Counted from the stretch's first letter, positions 27,974 to 38,457 are shown. The stretch is DNA of 64,000 nt from an uncultured Gemmatimonadaceae bacterium (GCA_963817955.1 CAWFQK010000005.1:156709-220708), one strand, 5' to 3'. Notes: a model not told the origin generated them from the letters alone. Numbers and translations: made by a program.

Positions 27974-30129
27974 GCTCTCCCGCCGCGGCGTCACCTCAGA
28001 GCAGCGCGCTCCTTCCGGCGATCGTTCTCAAAGAGATGCGCGACCGTCTCAAGACCGCGTTCGTGTGTCTCGCGATCGTCGTCGTCGGCCAGCTCATCTC
28101 GCTCGGCTTTCAGAGGATGATGGAGTCATCTGGCGTGTATTTCGTAGGGTCGGGATCTCTGTTCTCGTTCTCGATCTTCACGCTGACGAGCGCACTGAGC
28201 GGGCTGATCATCGGGCGCGCGCTGATCGTGCATGAGAATCGCGGTGACCGCTGGGGCTTTCTCGCGCACCGGCCGGTACATCGTTCGACGCTGTTCTTTG
28301 GGAAGGCGGTCGCAGGCGCGTTGCTCTATCTGGCTGCGACGGGAATCCCGCTCGCATTCGCGACCGCGTGGATGGCGGCGCCGGGAAGTCGCCCTGTGCC
28401 GTGGGACTCGAGCATGGCGCTGCCCGGCGTCGCAGACATGCTGTGCGGCTTGGTCTATTTGCTCGCGGCAATGCTGGTCAGCATGCGCGAAGCAAGATGG
28501 TATGGGAGCCGGTTCCTTCCGTTGGGTGCCGCGATCGCGTGCACGGGAGTCGTACTTGAAGTCTCGTATTTCTGGCAAGCGCTCGCGATTGTGTTGCTTG
28601 GAATGGTCGTCGTCGGAACAGCGGCGCTGACGACGTTCGCCAGCGGCGGCCAGTACAAACCGCTCTCGCGTTGGGGTCGCGCGACGCTAGGACTCACCAT
28701 CGTGCCGGGTTTGGTGCTCGCCGGCACTTTCGTCATCGCCGTCACCGCGCTCACCGCGTTTTCCCGCAAGGCGACGCGCAACGGTGTCAGATCAACCGAC
28801 TACGTGATCGCCAGCGACGGGTCGATCGTGCAGCGGGTGGAGCTCCATGATCTCTTCGCTCAAACGACACGAGTCTTGGCAGTGAAGGACCTGCACGGGC
28901 GCGCAGTCGAGCAGTACCAAGACTCAGCCGCGCGTGAAAAATTGACAGCGGGCGTGATCGCGACGCCTGCGTTGAAACTGCATCCGGATAATCCGGGCAC
29001 CCTCGAGTCTATGTTGAGCGGCTATCGGGGCACGTACGACCTATTCGTTCAACTGTCGTCGTCGCCACCGGCACCGAGCGAGCTGTCTTGGTACTTCGTG
29101 CGCCGGCTAGGCTTGATCGCTGCGTACAACAATCGCTCGGCGAGGTTGATCGGCTGGATGGGGCCCGACGGATTCAGCCCGGGTGAGGCGCGCCCGGCGC
29201 ATCGATTCGAGGGCGCGCTCCGACCGACTTCCGAGTATGGCTACATCCAGCCAGTGCTCGCGTTTCCGAGCGCGGTCTATCGGTTGGATCTCCGCCAGCG
29301 GGGCATCCGAAAGGTGTTCACGCCATCGGCCCGGGAGACGGTGCTCGGTGCCGCGACATCGGGTGATAGCACCGCGGCGATGGCGGTATACGGACCTCGC
29401 GCGAAGTTCGACGCCATCGCGACCAACACGAGCGTCCATGTGCAGGCGCCGGACGGCACCGCGGAACTCAGTGTTGCCCGGGATTCCGGCGACAGCGCCA
29501 GCGCAACAGTCACGGTTTCACGCGCGCTGCTCGCCGCTGGCACGCCGACTTTCTTCTGGTACTCGTCGTCATACCGGCCCTTCATCCAAGGCGAGCCGAG
29601 AACGCCTGCCGGACATGTCAAGGCATTCAATGACGAAAACAAGCTCGTCGCCCAAGTCGCGATTCCGCGCGACACCGAGCCGGAAGCGGAATCTCGAGTG
29701 ACTGCTGAAGACGTATTCTCGGCGGCGACAGTATCTGTGACGTGGCGATTCGCGCGTCGCGTCTATTACGCGTATCGTCGTCCGAGTGGATTTCCCGCCG
29801 CAGGCCAACGCAAATGGCAACAGTCTGACGTTGTTGACTGGTCCGTCTCTGCGATGACCTCGTTACTCGCCGCCGCGTTGACGTTCGGCCTCGGTGGCAT
29901 CTTTGCATTCGACCGGAACCGCCGGCTGCTGTGGGGAGCGCTCGGATTCGTGTTAGGTCCGCTTGGTGTGCTCCTGATGCTCTCGCTCATCGACTGGCCG
30001 GTGCGTGAGCCATGCCCCTCGTGCGGGAAGAAGCGAGTCGTTACGCGAGCGAGGTGTGAGCACTGCGATGCGCCGTTCTCGCCGCCGGCGTTGGATGGAA
30101 CCGAGATCTTCGAGACGGCGGTTGCGTAG
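27970..30129 (+). CDS. ABC permease-like membrane protein with a large extracytoplasmic domain and a C-terminal zinc ribbon
   Basis: IVLKEMR, about 7 N-terminal TM helices, FLAHRPV, C-terminal TMs and CPSC...CEHC. Confidence 0.75.
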   Translation: MSSPAAASPQSSALLPAIVLKEMRDRLKTAFVCLAIVVVGQLISLGFQRMMESSGVYFVGSGSLFSFSIFTLTSALSGLIIGRALIVHENRGDRWGFLAHRPVHRSTLFFGKAVAGALLYLAATGIPLAFATAWMAAPGSRPVPWDSSMALPGVADMLCGLVYLLAAMLVSMREARWYGSRFLPLGAAIACTGVVLEVSYFWQALAIVLLGMVVVGTAALTTFASGGQYKPLSRWGRATLGLTIVPGLVLAGTFVIAVTALTAFSRKATRNGVRSTDYVIASDGSIVQRVELHDLFAQTTRVLAVKDLHGRAVEQYQDSAAREKLTAGVIATPALKLHPDNPGTLESMLSGYRGTYDLFVQLSSSPPAPSELSWYFVRRLGLIAAYNNRSARLIGWMGPDGFSPGEARPAHRFEGALRPTSEYGYIQPVLAFPSAVYRLDLRQRGIRKVFTPSARETVLGAATSGDSTAAMAVYGPRAKFDAIATNTSVHVQAPDGTAELSVARDSGDSASATVTVSRALLAAGTPTFFWYSSSYRPFIQGEPRTPAGHVKAFNDENKLVAQVAIPRDTEPEAESRVTAEDVFSAATVSVTWRFARRVYYAYRRPSGFPAAGQRKWQQSDVVDWSVSAMTSLLAAALTFGLGGIFAFDRNRRLLWGALGFVLGPLGVLLMLSLIDWPVREPCPSCGKKRVVTRARCEHCDAPFSPPALDGTEIFETAVA

Positions 30130-30219
30130 GCCATGGTTCGAAGAGTGTCTCAGTGGACGCTCAGTGTTTGCGGTCGTGGGGTTGGATCCCAGTCAATGTC
30201 ACCTACGCAGGAGAGTCGA

Positions 30220-31185
30220 ATGACACGCACCTGGAGCCCGCGAGTTGCGGCTCGAGATTTCATTGCTGTACCCGCATTGATCCTATGGGCGGCTCTGAGC
30301 GGCGCGACGGCTCCGTACACCACTGCGCCTGGGATGACATACACAATCCATGGTACGACCGTGCCCAACGGCAGCGGGCCTATGGCGACCGCGATGGAGG
30401 CGCAGCGCTCGGACTGGACCGGAGTGGTCGTCTTTTCTGACGGACGAGGGCGCATGGACATCGTCGAGGGTGCATCGCGCCCCATGTTCGAGAAGGGTGA
30501 CTACGTCCTGTTCGACGCCACCGATTTCATCGTCGTGAAGCCCGAAGCGCGGAACTTCTTCGGCTTTCATCCCGACCAGGCAATGCGCGCAATTGCGGCG
30601 TTCGGCCCGAAGATCGCCATCAGCAACACAAAAGTGTCGCTCGATACCCTCGGCGCTGGCGAGGCATTGGACGGCCATCCAACACAGCACTACCGTTTGA
30701 ATGCCAGCTATACGATGACCATGGATATGAGCGCCCTAGGAGAAATGCCAGACGGAATGGCGCCGCCTCCAATGGATGCAGAGATGTCGATGGAGTACTG
30801 GTTTGCCGACATCCCCAATTTCCCACCGAATCCGTTCGTGAAGATGGCCTCAGGCATGGCCTCAGGCGAGCCGACTGTCGGAGCAGGATTCATGAGCGCC
30901 CTCACGAACAGTCTATCCGCTGCACGGGATGGGATGCCTGTTAGCAAGGCACCCCTCAAGACGACGGCCTCGACGCGCATCTCCGCCGGTCCGGGAATGA
31001 CGAGCGGGACCGACAATACGGTCGTGATCACTGGGGTCAAGGAGACGAGCGTAGACATGGCGCGGCTCCTCCTTCCCGACGGGTATACCGAGACCCAGAT
31101 GGCCGGGCTGGAAAACATGCCCGGCGCTGCACCTCTGTCGAAGGACAGCGGCGCGAAATGGCGTGCTAGGCCGACCAGCCGGTAG
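30220..31185 (+). CDS. Secreted hypothetical protein (DUF4412-like)
   Basis: Signal-like N-terminus, GRGRMDI, LDGHPTQHYR, LPDGY. Confidence 0.65.
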   Translation: MTRTWSPRVAARDFIAVPALILWAALSGATAPYTTAPGMTYTIHGTTVPNGSGPMATAMEAQRSDWTGVVVFSDGRGRMDIVEGASRPMFEKGDYVLFDATDFIVVKPEARNFFGFHPDQAMRAIAAFGPKIAISNTKVSLDTLGAGEALDGHPTQHYRLNASYTMTMDMSALGEMPDGMAPPPMDAEMSMEYWFADIPNFPPNPFVKMASGMASGEPTVGAGFMSALTNSLSAARDGMPVSKAPLKTTASTRISAGPGMTSGTDNTVVITGVKETSVDMARLLLPDGYTETQMAGLENMPGAAPLSKDSGAKWRARPTSR

Positions 31186-31226
31186 AAGCAGCATCGCGAT
31201 CGAGATGTTGCGATAGCGCATAACCA

Positions 31227-33164
31227 TCAGCCACTGCTTGGTGGACGATGCCCCTTGGTGGTCACGACGATCGCGCCGTTCGCCGCAGCGGAATCATGCG
31301 TGAGCCGCATTGCCGCCGCCGGCACGATGCGCTGGACATTGACTATCGTGTCCGCGTGCCCCATCAGCGCCATCATGTCTTCGAATCGCCGCACGGCGCC
31401 GTCGATGAGGATCACGGGCTTGTGTTCGAGTGTGGCCCAGAGCTCCGCCGTTATGGCCCAGCCGCCGCCAGGCAGGTCGCCAAGGTGCTCGATGTCCGGC
31501 TGGGGCCGGGGCGGGGGCGGCGGCGGCGTGAGCGGCGTCTTTCTCACACTCACGCGGTGCCCAAAGTCCGTCGGGCCGCCGCGGCCCGGGCGCAGCGTCA
31601 GCACGTGAATGGAGACGCCATGAGGCGGCAACATCTCGGGCGTGAGGAAGATCTCATCGTCGCGCTGGAACGCGTGCGGGTCCGCCCCGAGGAATGGGTC
31701 ATCCGGCGCCGTTCCGCTGAGCGAGTCATATGTGAACTCGCGCGGCAGCACGGTGCGCATGCCGAGCACGGAGCGTGTCGGAATCTGGCTCGCGAACAAC
31801 GTGTCCTGATCGGCCTGAAACGTCGCCCGCTCAGCGGCGACCCGTACGTTGTCGCTCGCAGGCGCGCTATTTCCGTAGCGGTACGCCCCGAAGTCGAACG
31901 GAAACGGCGCGTCCGTGGTGTCGGCTCCAATATCCGTGCGCGGGCGCGCGGCGGCGCTCACGATGCGGCCGTCGCTGCTCAGGTAGAACGAGACGAACGC
32001 CAGCGACGTGTCACCGGTGAGCACGCGCGGATAGTATCGCGCGAGCGCGGCGCGGAGCCATGCAGTGCCCGCGGCATCCACCGTATCGATGCGCACGACG
32101 CGCGGATAGTACTGCTGCTGCGCGATCGCCGCCCGTGCAAACTGCGCCGGTAGCGGCGCGGACTCCGGCGCCGTACCCCGGGGCGACGGCGCCGAGCACG
32201 CGATTGCGACGCAGAGCGACGCGGCAGCCGCGAGGGCAAGGGCGGGAAGCAGCCGGCGCGGCGCGCGCGCGGCGCTCATCGCGAGAATGCGCTGCTCGAG
32301 CAGCGACCGCCGCTCGACGAACGCCGGGGCGAGCATCGTCATCGCCTGCATGCGTTCGCCGGCGTCGACCAGGACCGTTGCGTACGCACGCGCATCGCCC
32401 TCGCGCGCGAGCACGCGCGCGTCGCAGTCGATCTCGGTGGCGAGCCGCAGGCGCCCGAGCTGCCACCACAGCGCCACGTTCCATGGACACAGCGCCGCGG
32501 TACACCCGCACGCGGCAAGGAGCAGCGTGTCGCGAGCGCGACGGTGCTCCGTTTCGTGCCGAAGGATGAGATCGAGCGACACGGCCTCCGCCGAAAGTGC
32601 CCAAGCGGGCAGGACGATCTCGGGACGAAACACCCCGATTACAGCGGGACCGAAATCCTCGGCGACGAGTACCGGCGTGCCGAGCACTTCGCGCCGCGAC
32701 CAGGTCCGGCGACGCCGGCCAAGGCCAGCGGACGAATGCACGATGAACGCGAGCGTCAGCAACCCGCCGGCCAGCCATGCAACGAGCAGCGCGCGATCGA
32801 GCGCGGGCGTCGACGGCACGGACACGGAGTACGCGCGACTCGCGCGTGAGGCGACAGGAAAGCGCGGCGGCAGCGCGGCGCTCGTGTCTGTGGACGGCAC
32901 AACGTTGAGCGAAAGCGCCGGCCCGCGCGCGACGATCGTGACACGACCGCGTGCCGCCGCCGGTGCGGTCGGGGCGGTCGGGGCCAGCGCACGTACCGCG
33001 AGGGCGAGCGGCAGGACCAGAGTCGCCCCCAGCGACGCCGCCCATAGCGCGCGACTCGCCAACCATGTAAGGCGAAGCGCTCGCGCCGCGCGCTCGACGG
33101 CGAGCGCCGCGAGGCCGAAGAGCGCGCCGAGCAGCGACGCGTACACCATCCAGGCGGCGATCAT
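31227..33164 (-). CDS. BlaR1-like M56 metallopeptidase with a C-terminal plug-like domain
   Basis: GPAVIG...PEIVLP, HETEH zincin motif, PWN...W, EIDCD. C-terminus PVILIDG...ANGAIVVTTK. Confidence 0.88.
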   Translation of the reverse strand: MIAAWMVYASLLGALFGLAALAVERAARALRLTWLASRALWAASLGATLVLPLALAVRALAPTAPTAPAAARGRVTIVARGPALSLNVVPSTDTSAALPPRFPVASRASRAYSVSVPSTPALDRALLVAWLAGGLLTLAFIVHSSAGLGRRRRTWSRREVLGTPVLVAEDFGPAVIGVFRPEIVLPAWALSAEAVSLDLILRHETEHRRARDTLLLAACGCTAALCPWNVALWWQLGRLRLATEIDCDARVLAREGDARAYATVLVDAGERMQAMTMLAPAFVERRSLLEQRILAMSAARAPRRLLPALALAAAASLCVAIACSAPSPRGTAPESAPLPAQFARAAIAQQQYYPRVVRIDTVDAAGTAWLRAALARYYPRVLTGDTSLAFVSFYLSSDGRIVSAAARPRTDIGADTTDAPFPFDFGAYRYGNSAPASDNVRVAAERATFQADQDTLFASQIPTRSVLGMRTVLPREFTYDSLSGTAPDDPFLGADPHAFQRDDEIFLTPEMLPPHGVSIHVLTLRPGRGGPTDFGHRVSVRKTPLTPPPPPPRPQPDIEHLGDLPGGGWAITAELWATLEHKPVILIDGAVRRFEDMMALMGHADTIVNVQRIVPAAAMRLTHDSAAANGAIVVTTKGHRPPSSG

Positions 33165-33535
33165 GTGTCGTCCTCGCGCAGGCGTTGGTCGATCAGCGTT
33201 CGGAGCTTTCGCAGATCGGCGGGTGTGAGCCGGCGGTCGGAGACGAGCTTGGCGAGCGCCAGCTCGGACGATCCGCCGAACAGCGTGCCGACGAGCGTGG
33301 CCAGCGCACCGCGTTGCACGACTTCCTGCTTGATGCGCGGATGAAAGCGATATGCACGACCCTCGGGCACGGCGCGCAGGTAGCCCTTGGCCAGCATGGT
33401 ACGCATGAGTGAAAGCACCGTGGTGTACGCAAGGTCGTCCAGGAGTTGGTCACGCACTTCGGCGACGGTGCCGTCGCCGAGCTCCCAGAGAATGGCGATG
33501 ATCTCGAGCTCACGTGGGGTGAGTGTGACGGGCAT
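33161..33535 (-). CDS. BlaI/MecI/CopY family repressor
   Basis: LTPRELEIIAILW...TVAEV...LAYTTVLS...KGYL...LFGGS. Confidence 0.93.
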   Translation of the reverse strand: MPVTLTPRELEIIAILWELGDGTVAEVRDQLLDDLAYTTVLSLMRTMLAKGYLRAVPEGRAYRFHPRIKQEVVQRGALATLVGTLFGGSSELALAKLVSDRRLTPADLRKLRTLIDQRLREDDT

Positions 33536-33555
33536 GCACGTCCTCGTGTGTTGTT

Positions 33556-33620
33556 ACCAGTCGACTAGTAGTCACCAAACTGGGGCGGCGGCGGTCGATT
33601 GTCAACTAGTCGACTAGTAG
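33556..33620 (-). promoter_or_regulatory. Two palindromic operator candidates upstream of the BlaI-like gene
   Basis: ACCAGTCGACTAGTAG (33556-33571) and ACTAGTCGACTAGTAG (33605-33620). TTGACA on the minus strand at 33600-33605. Confidence 0.7.
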
Positions 33621-33889
33621 CGGTCCGTCCGGACGCGGCAATGCGGCCAACCGCTTCGGTCCAGTGCGCCTCACGCGCCGAAGCTGCGGACGCCGGCTAC
33701 AGCGCTACGACTTGCTCGAGGAGAGCAGCCTCCTCGGCCGACGTCGCACGCGGCGATAGCCAGCGGTGTGCGACAACGCATCGCCTCCGGGTGATCTGCG
33801 CGTTTGTGGCGTCGAAAGCTTTCCTTGATGGTGTCGTGCTGCAGTCGGCGTCGAGCAGAGTGGTCGCGACCATCAATACGAGTCGGGTC

Positions 33890-34486
33890 TCACTCTCGAT
33901 CCGACTGCCCGTTCCCGCTTCCATCCGCGATCTTCGCCGCCGCGTGATCGTGCCGGCGATTCACTCGTAGTTTAACAGTCTGTGAACGCCATACGCGGTT
34001 GCGCGGACCGTCATTGCCGATCGACCTGTTCGGAAGCGAACGCGGAGCACTTCGCAACGTCGGCTCCAACTCGATGCGTGTAGCAAACCACGCTCCACGA
34101 AGCACGATGGCATTCGTACCGACAGGGACATTGCAATCGGTAGTACCGCTCGCAACGCGCCAGTCGTCCGACAAGCGACCTCGATATTGGCAACTGCCGA
34201 GGGAAAACCGGACGGAATCACCGTGCACCCGCCCATCGGTCGCGGCGAGATCACTGAGCGTATCCTGGCAACTTCGCATTACATGTGTAGCTGTTCCCGT
34301 CATCACATCGCCCGTTTGCTCGAACCGGAGCTGAACGGCCCCGGAGCATGGGACGCGCAATGCGGGAGTGCGGAGGGTATCGACGAGCCGCCACGCGCCC
34401 GCCACAGTCATTGCCTGGTGTTGCGCATGCGCGCCGACGGATCCGACGACGCTGATGAGAATGGCGACCAGGGGTGCGTTACGCAT
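33890..34486 (-). CDS. Secreted hypothetical beta-rich protein
   Basis: Signal peptide MRNAPLVAILISVVGSVGAHA, VAGAW, four Cys residues. The C-terminus may be degenerate. Confidence 0.5.
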   Translation of the reverse strand: MRNAPLVAILISVVGSVGAHAQHQAMTVAGAWRLVDTLRTPALRVPCSGAVQLRFEQTGDVMTGTATHVMRSCQDTLSDLAATDGRVHGDSVRFSLGSCQYRGRLSDDWRVASGTTDCNVPVGTNAIVLRGAWFATRIELEPTLRSAPRSLPNRSIGNDGPRNRVWRSQTVKLRVNRRHDHAAAKIADGSGNGQSDRE

Positions 34487-34739
34487 GGGATGGACGCTCC
34501 GAGTGAACATTTCCGCGGTGATGATGTGTCCTTGCGTTGCTCACGACCAGGGATCGTGACCACCCCGGACGACTGCACTCGGTGTACACCTACGACGACT
34601 TCAGTCCGGCCGCGATTTGCGGATGTGCAAGCGTTGCCTTGGTCCTGACACCGGCGCTGCTCACCGTGTGGAGGGTGTCTCCCGCGGAAGTATTACGAGC
34701 AAACACATAGCGCTTCGTCGGCGGAACCGACTGAGCCCA

Positions 34740-35141
34740 CTACTGCTTGTGGCAGTCGGTGCAGGTCGCCGGCACCGTCTTGCCCGCGGCGGCTTCCTTG
34801 TTGTGGCAATCGAAGCACACGCCCGTCTTGGCCGCGGTGTGGTGGAAGGCGTTGCGAAGATTCGTCACCATCGGGGCAACTGGCTCTGCGACATGGCAGG
34901 TGCCGCACTTCTGTTGCGGCGCCGTGTACGGGTGTTCCGGGCGTGACTCGTGGTGGCATGCCGTACACTCGGACGCCTTCGCGTGCTTGGCGTGCGTGAA
35001 CGTGACCGTCCCGAACTTGGGAGTGTACGTCACCGTTTCCGGTCCAGGCGCTATAGGAGCTGGCTGCTGCGCCGGTAGTTGTTTCGAGAACGCCGCCGCG
35101 ATGCAGAGCGCGGTGGCGAGCGTGAGAACGCGATGTGGCAT
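34740..35141 (-). CDS. Tetraheme cytochrome c3/c7 family protein
   Basis: Signal peptide, GTVTFTHAKH, four CxxCH motifs (CTACH, CGTCH, CFDCH, CTDCH). Confidence 0.92.
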   Translation of the reverse strand: MPHRVLTLATALCIAAAFSKQLPAQQPAPIAPGPETVTYTPKFGTVTFTHAKHAKASECTACHHESRPEHPYTAPQQKCGTCHVAEPVAPMVTNLRNAFHHTAAKTGVCFDCHNKEAAAGKTVPATCTDCHKQ

Positions 35142-35173
35142 GATCCGCCAAGTGACGAGTGCGACGTACTGGA

Positions 35174-35205
35174 TGGAGACCCTTCGCTCCGCTCAGGATG
35201 ACAAC
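35174..35205 (-). repeat. TGTCATCCTGAGCG repeat, copy 3
   Basis: Reverse complement matches 879-910 at 31 of 32 positions. Confidence 0.85.
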
Positions 35206-35368
35206 GGCTGTCCACCACTATATGCCGCCGGTGTTGTTCAGCGGATAGGAAGGATGCCCGGCGTACGTCCGGCGCGAGGCGACCCGTTCATCAGGGAATC
35301 ATGAACACGAGCGGCACGTGCCCGAATACCGGCAAGGGCACGTTGCGGCGCCTTCAATTCAGTCGGAC

Positions 35369-38026
35369 TTACTCCGCCCGTAGCGCGATCGTCGGATCGA
35401 CCCCAGCCGCACGCCGCGCCGGCGCCCATGCCGCGAGCACGGCAACCGCGAGCAGCAACGCGATCACGCCGGCATACGTGATTGGATCGATCCGCGAGAC
35501 ACTGAACAACATGCTCTCGAGCAGCCGACTTGCCACGTAGGCGCCGCCGAGTCCGATCACTGCCCCAGGCACGGTCAACGCGATACCGTGCCCCACCACA
35601 CTTCGCACCACGTCACCCGGCGTCGCGCCGAGTGCGGTGCGGATGCCGATCTCGCGCATGCGCTCCGTGACGCTGCCAGAGATCACGCCGTAGAGGCCGA
35701 CGGCCGCGAGGATCAGAGCGACGACGGCGAATACTTCGATGGCGAGCAGCGCGAACCGCCGCTGCCCCGCCGACGCGGCGATGAACGAGTCCATGGTCGC
35801 CACACGCGTAATCGGCTGGTTCGCGTTCACCGACCAGACCGCGCGCTTGATGCTCGGCACGAGCGCGGCGCCGTTGCCGCTCGTGCGTACGACCAGCGTC
35901 TGCACGTTGTCGACCCAATTCCACTGCGCACTCGCGACGTAGAATGCGTCCGGCGCGTCCACCGCGAGGGAGTATGCCTTCACATCACCCACGACACCGA
36001 CGACGTAATCCCAATGCGTGCCGCCCATCTCGGGCCCAAAGCGGATCGCTTGTCCGATGGGATCAGCATTCTTGAACAGCTGGCGCGCCATCGACTCGTT
36101 GATGGCCACCGCTTCCGGCCCGCCGGCGCGATCGCCCGCATCGAGCAAGCGTCCACGAATGAGGGGAATGCGCATGCTGGAGAAATAGCCCGGCGTCACC
36201 GCGTAGCGGAGCGCGTTTCCCAGGGCGCCGCCCGCGGCGCTGGGAAGCGACTGCACCTCGTAACCATAGCCGTCGCCTTCGCCGCTCAAGGGAATCTCGC
36301 TGGCGAACGCCGCATCCGTCACGCCCGGCACGTGCCGCGCGGCGCCGAGTGCCTGTTGAAAGAACTGCAACCGCGCCGTGTCGGACTCGAACGCGTGGCC
36401 GGCCGCGACCACCTGCATCGTCACGACGTGCGAAGGATCGAATCCGGGCGCCGTCGAGACGAGCCGCTGTACGCTCCGAAATAGGAGTCCCGCACTCACC
36501 AGCAGCACGAGCGCGAGCGCTACCTCGGCCATGACGAGCACGCTGCGCCCGGCGGCGCGGCCGCGTGTAGCACGCCGAGATCCGTGCTGCAACCCTTCGG
36601 TCGCCCTGGCGCGCAGCGCGCCAAAGGCAGGGATGAATCCAACGATCACGCCGATCAACGTCGTCAGCCCGAGCGCGAAGATGAACACACGCGCATCGAG
36701 CCGGATCGCGTCGACGCGCGGCAGCCCCGGCGGGCTCGACGCCACGAGCGCGCGAATGCCGACGGTCGCCGTCGCCAGCCCAAGCACGCCGCCGCACAGC
36801 GCGAGCACGATGCTCTCGGTGAGCAGCTGCCGCACCAGACGTCCGCCACCAGCACCCAGGGCGACGCGCATCGCGAACTCCGCGCGACGCTGCGCGCCGC
36901 GCCCGAGCAGCAGGTTCGTCACATTCACAGCGGCGATCGCGAGAAGGAGCAGTACCGCACCGATGATCGCGAAGAGGGATGGCCTGACGGGACGAGTGAT
37001 CGCCTCCTGCAGCGAACGAACCATCAGTCCTTTCTGGAGGTTCGCCCAGGGCGGACGCGCGAAGGATGGTATAGGCGCGTGGCCGATGCCGAGTATCTCG
37101 CGCGATGCGCCGTCGGCTGTCGCCGTTGCCGCGAGCCGGCCGACAACCTGATAGTGATGCCCCCATTCGCGCGAGCTCAAGTCTCCGCTCACCTGCGCGC
37201 GCATTGGCGACCAGAGTTCGGCCGATGGAGCCATGACATTCGCGAAGCCGTGCGGCATGACACCGATCACGGTGTACGGATCGCCGTTGAGCTGAATCGT
37301 GCGTCCAACTATCGACCGATCGCCGCCGAAGTGACGCTGCAGCAGGCCGTCGCTCAGAATGACGACGTTCGCCGCGCCGGGACGGTCGTCGTCTGCGGTA
37401 AAGTCGTGTCCCACGAACGGTACGGCGCCGAACACGCCAAAGTAGCCCGCGGTGACCCGCTGCGCCGTGAGCCGTTCCGGATCACCATTCCCGGTGATCG
37501 ACGGCTGCCACGCGTCGGCGCTCGCGAGCGCGTCGAACGAGCGTGTCCGCGCGCGGAGCTCGTCGTACGTGCCGAACGTGGCCGGCATGGGAAAGCCGAC
37601 TTGATTCCGGTCGTCGATCATCACGAGCCGATCGGCGTGCGGGAAGGGCAGCGGCTCGATGAGAATGGGACTGACGGCACTGAACACCGCCGTGCTCGCG
37701 CCAATCCCGAGCGCGAGCGTGATCACCGCAGTCGCGGTGAATGCAGGCGCGTTTCGGAGTCGCCGCAGCGCGTAGCGCACGTCGGCGCTCGTCGTCTCCA
37801 CCGCATGCTCCCAGCCCGACGTACGTACCTGCTCGCGCACGACCGTGGTGTTTCCAATCTCGGCCATCGCGGCGCGCGCGGCATCCTGTCGCGACAGGCC
37901 TCGCGTGACGTGCGCGGCGGTGGCCCGCTCGAGATAGTCGCGGACTTCGGCGGAGACGTCAGCGTCGGCTCGCGCGGGGTGGACCAGCGCGCGCATGCCG
38001 CGCACGATCTGCCGAACGAGCGACAT
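35369..38026 (-). CDS. Duplicated MacB/FtsX-type permease (ADOP family)
   Basis: DVRYALRRL...TLALGIGASTAVFS, RVALGAG...QLLTES, REIGIRTALGA, PARRAAGVDP...LRAE. Confidence 0.92.
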   Translation of the reverse strand: MSLVRQIVRGMRALVHPARADADVSAEVRDYLERATAAHVTRGLSRQDAARAAMAEIGNTTVVREQVRTSGWEHAVETTSADVRYALRRLRNAPAFTATAVITLALGIGASTAVFSAVSPILIEPLPFPHADRLVMIDDRNQVGFPMPATFGTYDELRARTRSFDALASADAWQPSITGNGDPERLTAQRVTAGYFGVFGAVPFVGHDFTADDDRPGAANVVILSDGLLQRHFGGDRSIVGRTIQLNGDPYTVIGVMPHGFANVMAPSAELWSPMRAQVSGDLSSREWGHHYQVVGRLAATATADGASREILGIGHAPIPSFARPPWANLQKGLMVRSLQEAITRPVRPSLFAIIGAVLLLLAIAAVNVTNLLLGRGAQRRAEFAMRVALGAGGGRLVRQLLTESIVLALCGGVLGLATATVGIRALVASSPPGLPRVDAIRLDARVFIFALGLTTLIGVIVGFIPAFGALRARATEGLQHGSRRATRGRAAGRSVLVMAEVALALVLLVSAGLLFRSVQRLVSTAPGFDPSHVVTMQVVAAGHAFESDTARLQFFQQALGAARHVPGVTDAAFASEIPLSGEGDGYGYEVQSLPSAAGGALGNALRYAVTPGYFSSMRIPLIRGRLLDAGDRAGGPEAVAINESMARQLFKNADPIGQAIRFGPEMGGTHWDYVVGVVGDVKAYSLAVDAPDAFYVASAQWNWVDNVQTLVVRTSGNGAALVPSIKRAVWSVNANQPITRVATMDSFIAASAGQRRFALLAIEVFAVVALILAAVGLYGVISGSVTERMREIGIRTALGATPGDVVRSVVGHGIALTVPGAVIGLGGAYVASRLLESMLFSVSRIDPITYAGVIALLLAVAVLAAWAPARRAAGVDPTIALRAE

Positions 38027-38029
38027 GCG

Positions 38030-38377
38030 TCAGCCCTCGGCGTTGAGGAGCCGGGCGACCGCGGTCGAGCGGCGCTTCCAGTCGGCGGTCTCGACCTCGA
38101 GCTGCTTACGCCCGGCGCGTGTGAGCGCGTAGAACTTGGCGCGGCGCGAGTTCTCGGTCTCGCGCCACTCGGCGTCGAGCCACCCGGCGCGCTCGAGGCG
38201 CTGGAGCGCGACGAGCAGCGAGCCGGGGTTGACCTTGAACACATCGCGCGAGATCTGCTCGATCCGCCGCGCGATCCCGAAGCCGTGCAACGGTGCCAGG
38301 CTCAGCGTCTTGAGGATGAGCAGGTCCAACGTGCCCTGAATGACGTCCGTGTTCGGCTGATCCATGGATGAGGTCAT
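38030..38377 (-). CDS. PadR family transcriptional regulator
   Basis: QGTLDLLILKTL...HGFGIA...GSL...RRAKFYALT. Confidence 0.93.
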   Translation of the reverse strand: MTSSMDQPNTDVIQGTLDLLILKTLSLAPLHGFGIARRIEQISRDVFKVNPGSLLVALQRLERAGWLDAEWRETENSRRAKFYALTRAGRKQLEVETADWKRRSTAVARLLNAEG

Positions 38378-38457
38378 GGATCGGACGATACGGCGCTCTC
38401 ATCATGATTGTCAAGAGTTGACGATCAAGACCTGGTGTCCACGGCGCGCCGATGGCG

